DNA of 40,182 nt from Bigelowiella natans CCMP2755. Lineage: Eukaryota; Protista; Cercozoa. Position 1 is the first letter of the stretch; every line of letters begins with the position of its first letter. The DNA lies in NCBI GenBank assembly GCA_000320545.1, contig ADNK01000497.1, positions 1 to 40,182 on the forward strand, written 5' to 3'. The notes beneath the pieces were generated by a model, which was not told the origin of the DNA, made no database searches, and was given only the letters and a program-made list of their open reading frames with translations. Of this stretch, positions 37,563 through 40,182 are shown piece by piece. The position numbers and the translations under genes are program-made.

Positions 37563-38098
37563 AATTGCCTTCGCTCCTTTCTGTCCTCTGCACAGACCCT
37601 ACTACGCCAGAATGTCAATCTGGACGCTTGGGCCCTTGGGCGAGCACCCGCTTGTGTGTGCCTGAATACTGCTTCAGTATGCTTTGCAGCAAATCAGGAG
37701 ATTCAGCCTCTCCTTCCCATTCTCTCCCAGAATATTATTGATGCGAGAAACATCTATGTCATTCTGCATCATAGATGTTCCGAAGTTGGAAAGCTGGATT
37801 GTAACATTGCCGATCGGAGGATTCTGGGAAAGTTTTTCTACGATATTTCCACGATATAGCTGATTCGCATATTTTAGTGCTTCTTACCCTTGGTCGACGA
37901 CGTCGGCAAGGTCGATCGAAGGGGAAACATCTTATCCATTTATAGTTTGCGACATGGTAATATCGTTGTCGCAGTGCATAAATACATCACGATTTCCGAA
38001 CTCAATGCCCTTCTATCGCTCATCGGCCGTGGGCTTTTACCCGGCCCGGGCCCTGCGCCGTGAGCTGCAGGAATAGTTTGTGAACACCAAGACAGTCC
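37563..38098. promoter_or_regulatory. Putative bidirectional promoter region (WDR11 / unknown gene)
   Basis: About 536 bp repeat-free gap between divergent start codons. Positional inference only. Confidence 0.5.
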
Positions 38099-40182
38099 AT
38101 GGCGCAGAGGAAACCTGCAAGGCCATTGGTTGCAAAGCAAGGGGGCTGTCTTTGGAAGCGAACGCTGGCACATGGTGGGATGCACGCCTTTGGTTATTTG
38201 TTTCCTGCTCGTTTATTTCGGTTTGATTCCCTTGTGTCTCATGAATAGATTCGAGCACGTGTCGCCGCGGGGGCGTAGATCATGTGGTCGTCGGAATGAT
38301 GGTGATCCTCAGTTGTCTCGGCACAAGTTTCATTCGTCATCCTGCCGCGAATGATGAAAGAGCATTGTCGGCAAGGTCGTAGTAGTCTGTTCAATAAAAA
38401 ATATACAGATATGGTACTGTCTCCTTTCACCCCCCCTCCTTCCCCTCTTATCCATTTTTTAAAACACCCGGATAATGCTGATTACGCATCCACAGGGGCT
38501 TGCGAAAGGACTTTTACATGCAGACGCGTCAAGCAAAAAGAGAGAAGGGTTGTATTTTGTGTAGAATTACATACAAAATAGTTCCTAGCGGCGGCGAATC
38601 ATTGGTGCTCGATGGTGTTTACTTTCGGTCAGGCTGGCTCATGACGCAGAGGAGACGATATGATCATAGAAATTCCAATAAAACCAACCCCAGCCGCAAC
38701 GTCCGTCCCTAGGCAGCAGCGATGATAGAATATTAGTTTGGTAGTGGTAAGGCTGTTCTGTCTTGTTCAGCCCCACAAGTGTATAATAACCAATCTCCAC
38801 TACTTAAAATTTCGATGTGAAAATGTATCTCTACACGAGTTCTCTTTGCATGTAGGAGGTAGTGTGTGTACGGTGATTGCTGTGGCTTGTTGTTAGGGAA
38901 CAATATCCACAAATGCTGGCCAGAATGGCGCTTCTCACGACGAAGATGGAAGCCGACATACCGACCACCAGCAGCGGCTCTCTCCCTTCCCTGGCCATAG
39001 TAATCATCATCGGTACGATTAAGCTTTACTCATATATTAAAATAAAAAACAAGGAGAAAGAAGGGCTAAAATTGCCTTTTGATCTATGTGCAATGAAAGC
39101 AGCGGAAGACACGAGAGGGAGGAGGCTCATGCCGCTACTGGTGCTGCTGCAAATTCGACGGAGGAGGATGCAGAGATTCTTGGGGAGAATATGGATTACT
39201 GGCACAAGTTGTTCATAGGTAGTTGCCACAGTGGAAAATACAAAAATACTGACTCGAAACCATTAAAATCATCCTCAATCTTCTCCACTGCCTGCTGCTA
39301 TTATTGCCTTTGTTCTCATTATCTCGTTATTTTTTTGTCGTCCTCTTCTTCTTTTCCCCCCTTTTGATTGTAATGCTCTCTCCTCTACTGTTTGGTATAG
39401 AATGTTACGAGGAGGAGCTTGCACGAGAAAGGCAGCAAGAGAAAGACCAGATGGGTGATATACACGCGAGTTCCAATGCCACAGATCGGAAAGAAAAATA
39501 TGTGATTTTAGTTCATAAAGTTGTATCTTTGCACTTTGAAAATTGCGATGGTTGTTAGATGATATCGTCATTACAGCATAAACCTTGCAGCCCCCAGTTT
39601 TACGCTTAGATAATTGCTACTCTGTTATTCAATCCATTGATTATTATAGATCTTCCGGGGGAAGAAGACAAACCTACTCTTCCGGTTGCCTCCCCCTCCG
39701 CTCCCGAATACAACACACGCACACACACACATACGTACAAATACACATATAGAATCAACTAATTTAAAGAGCAAAATAGCGATGATGAAAACTTGTGAAA
39801 CGCACAATCATCCCTAGCAACGTCACCATCATCAGTCTTTATAATTGACACATCTTTATTCTGTTCTCACTATAGTCCGATATGCTGATGCTGGCGCCCT
39901 CCACAGGAGAGTATAGCGTCCTTCAACCAAAGGTAGTAGTAGTAGTAGTAGTAGTAGAGTAGTAGAGCGGAGGGAAGAGAGAGAAGAAGCTCAGTAGCAG
40001 TACATAACATAAAATCCTCTTTATTCGCCATCCGTTCATTGTTCAAATGCCCTGTGAAGAAGGTGCAGCATTTTTCGTATTTTTTGGTCCCAATGATACC
40101 TTCCTTTCTCACTATATCTTTCGCTCTCTGCTTCCCCTTCCTTGCCATTCTCTCTCTCTCTCTCTCTCTCTCTCTGGGGGGG
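38099..40182 (+). CDS. Hypothetical multi-exon protein, 3'-partial
   Basis: From ATG 38099 a phase-consistent GT-AG exon chain can be built: MAQRKPARPL...AH|DSSTCRRGGVDHVVVGMMVILSCLGTSF...|RGLRKDFYMQ...|GWLMTQRR...RN|GTISTNAGQ...|SGRHERE...YWHKLFI|ECYEEELARERQQEKDQM|DLPGEEDKPTLP|SDMLMLAPSTGEYSVLQPK. No domain recognised. Confidence 0.6.

Noticed and set aside
37410-37859. 149 aa plus-strand ORF
   Set aside because: It is antisense to WDR11 exons 1-2 and the promoter gap, has a non-ATG start and shows no recognisable domain.
1-40182. CRISPR arrays, tRNA/rRNA genes, transposase or reverse transcriptase ORFs, introner-type repeated introns
   Set aside because: I saw no repeat-spacer periodicity, RNA-gene signatures or mobile-element domains. 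Introns do not share sequence beyond simple repeats.

Overview
Eukaryotic, gene-dense nuclear DNA from a protist-like genome with many introns and microsatellites. The compact intergenic spaces and short GT-AG introns resemble an alga such as a chlorarachniophyte, but that is only an impression. Seven protein-coding genes could be traced by hand: URB2/Npa2-like (-, 3' end outside the window), an hnRNP A/B/D-type 2xRRM+RGG protein (-), a secreted GH141-like beta-helix protein (+), an apparently intronless non-RD MAP2K-like kinase (-), a TXNDC15/APRL-like WCPFS thioredoxin (+), WDR11 (-), and an unknown multi-exon gene (+, 3' end outside the window). Most short ORFs in the supplied track are exon fragments or repeat artefacts. 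The most unusual signal is non-coding. All five gene 3' ends visible in the window run into one of three 0.7-0.9 kb tracts rich in alternating purine/pyrimidine sequence and short palindromes. The two tracts between convergent genes each hold a copy of the same long inverted-repeat hairpin (TGAGACGG...CGTCTCA), a candidate miRNA-like/hairpin-RNA family or MITE. Two GC-AG introns share an identical CAG|GCAAGT donor. All gene models are manual and unverified by RNA data.
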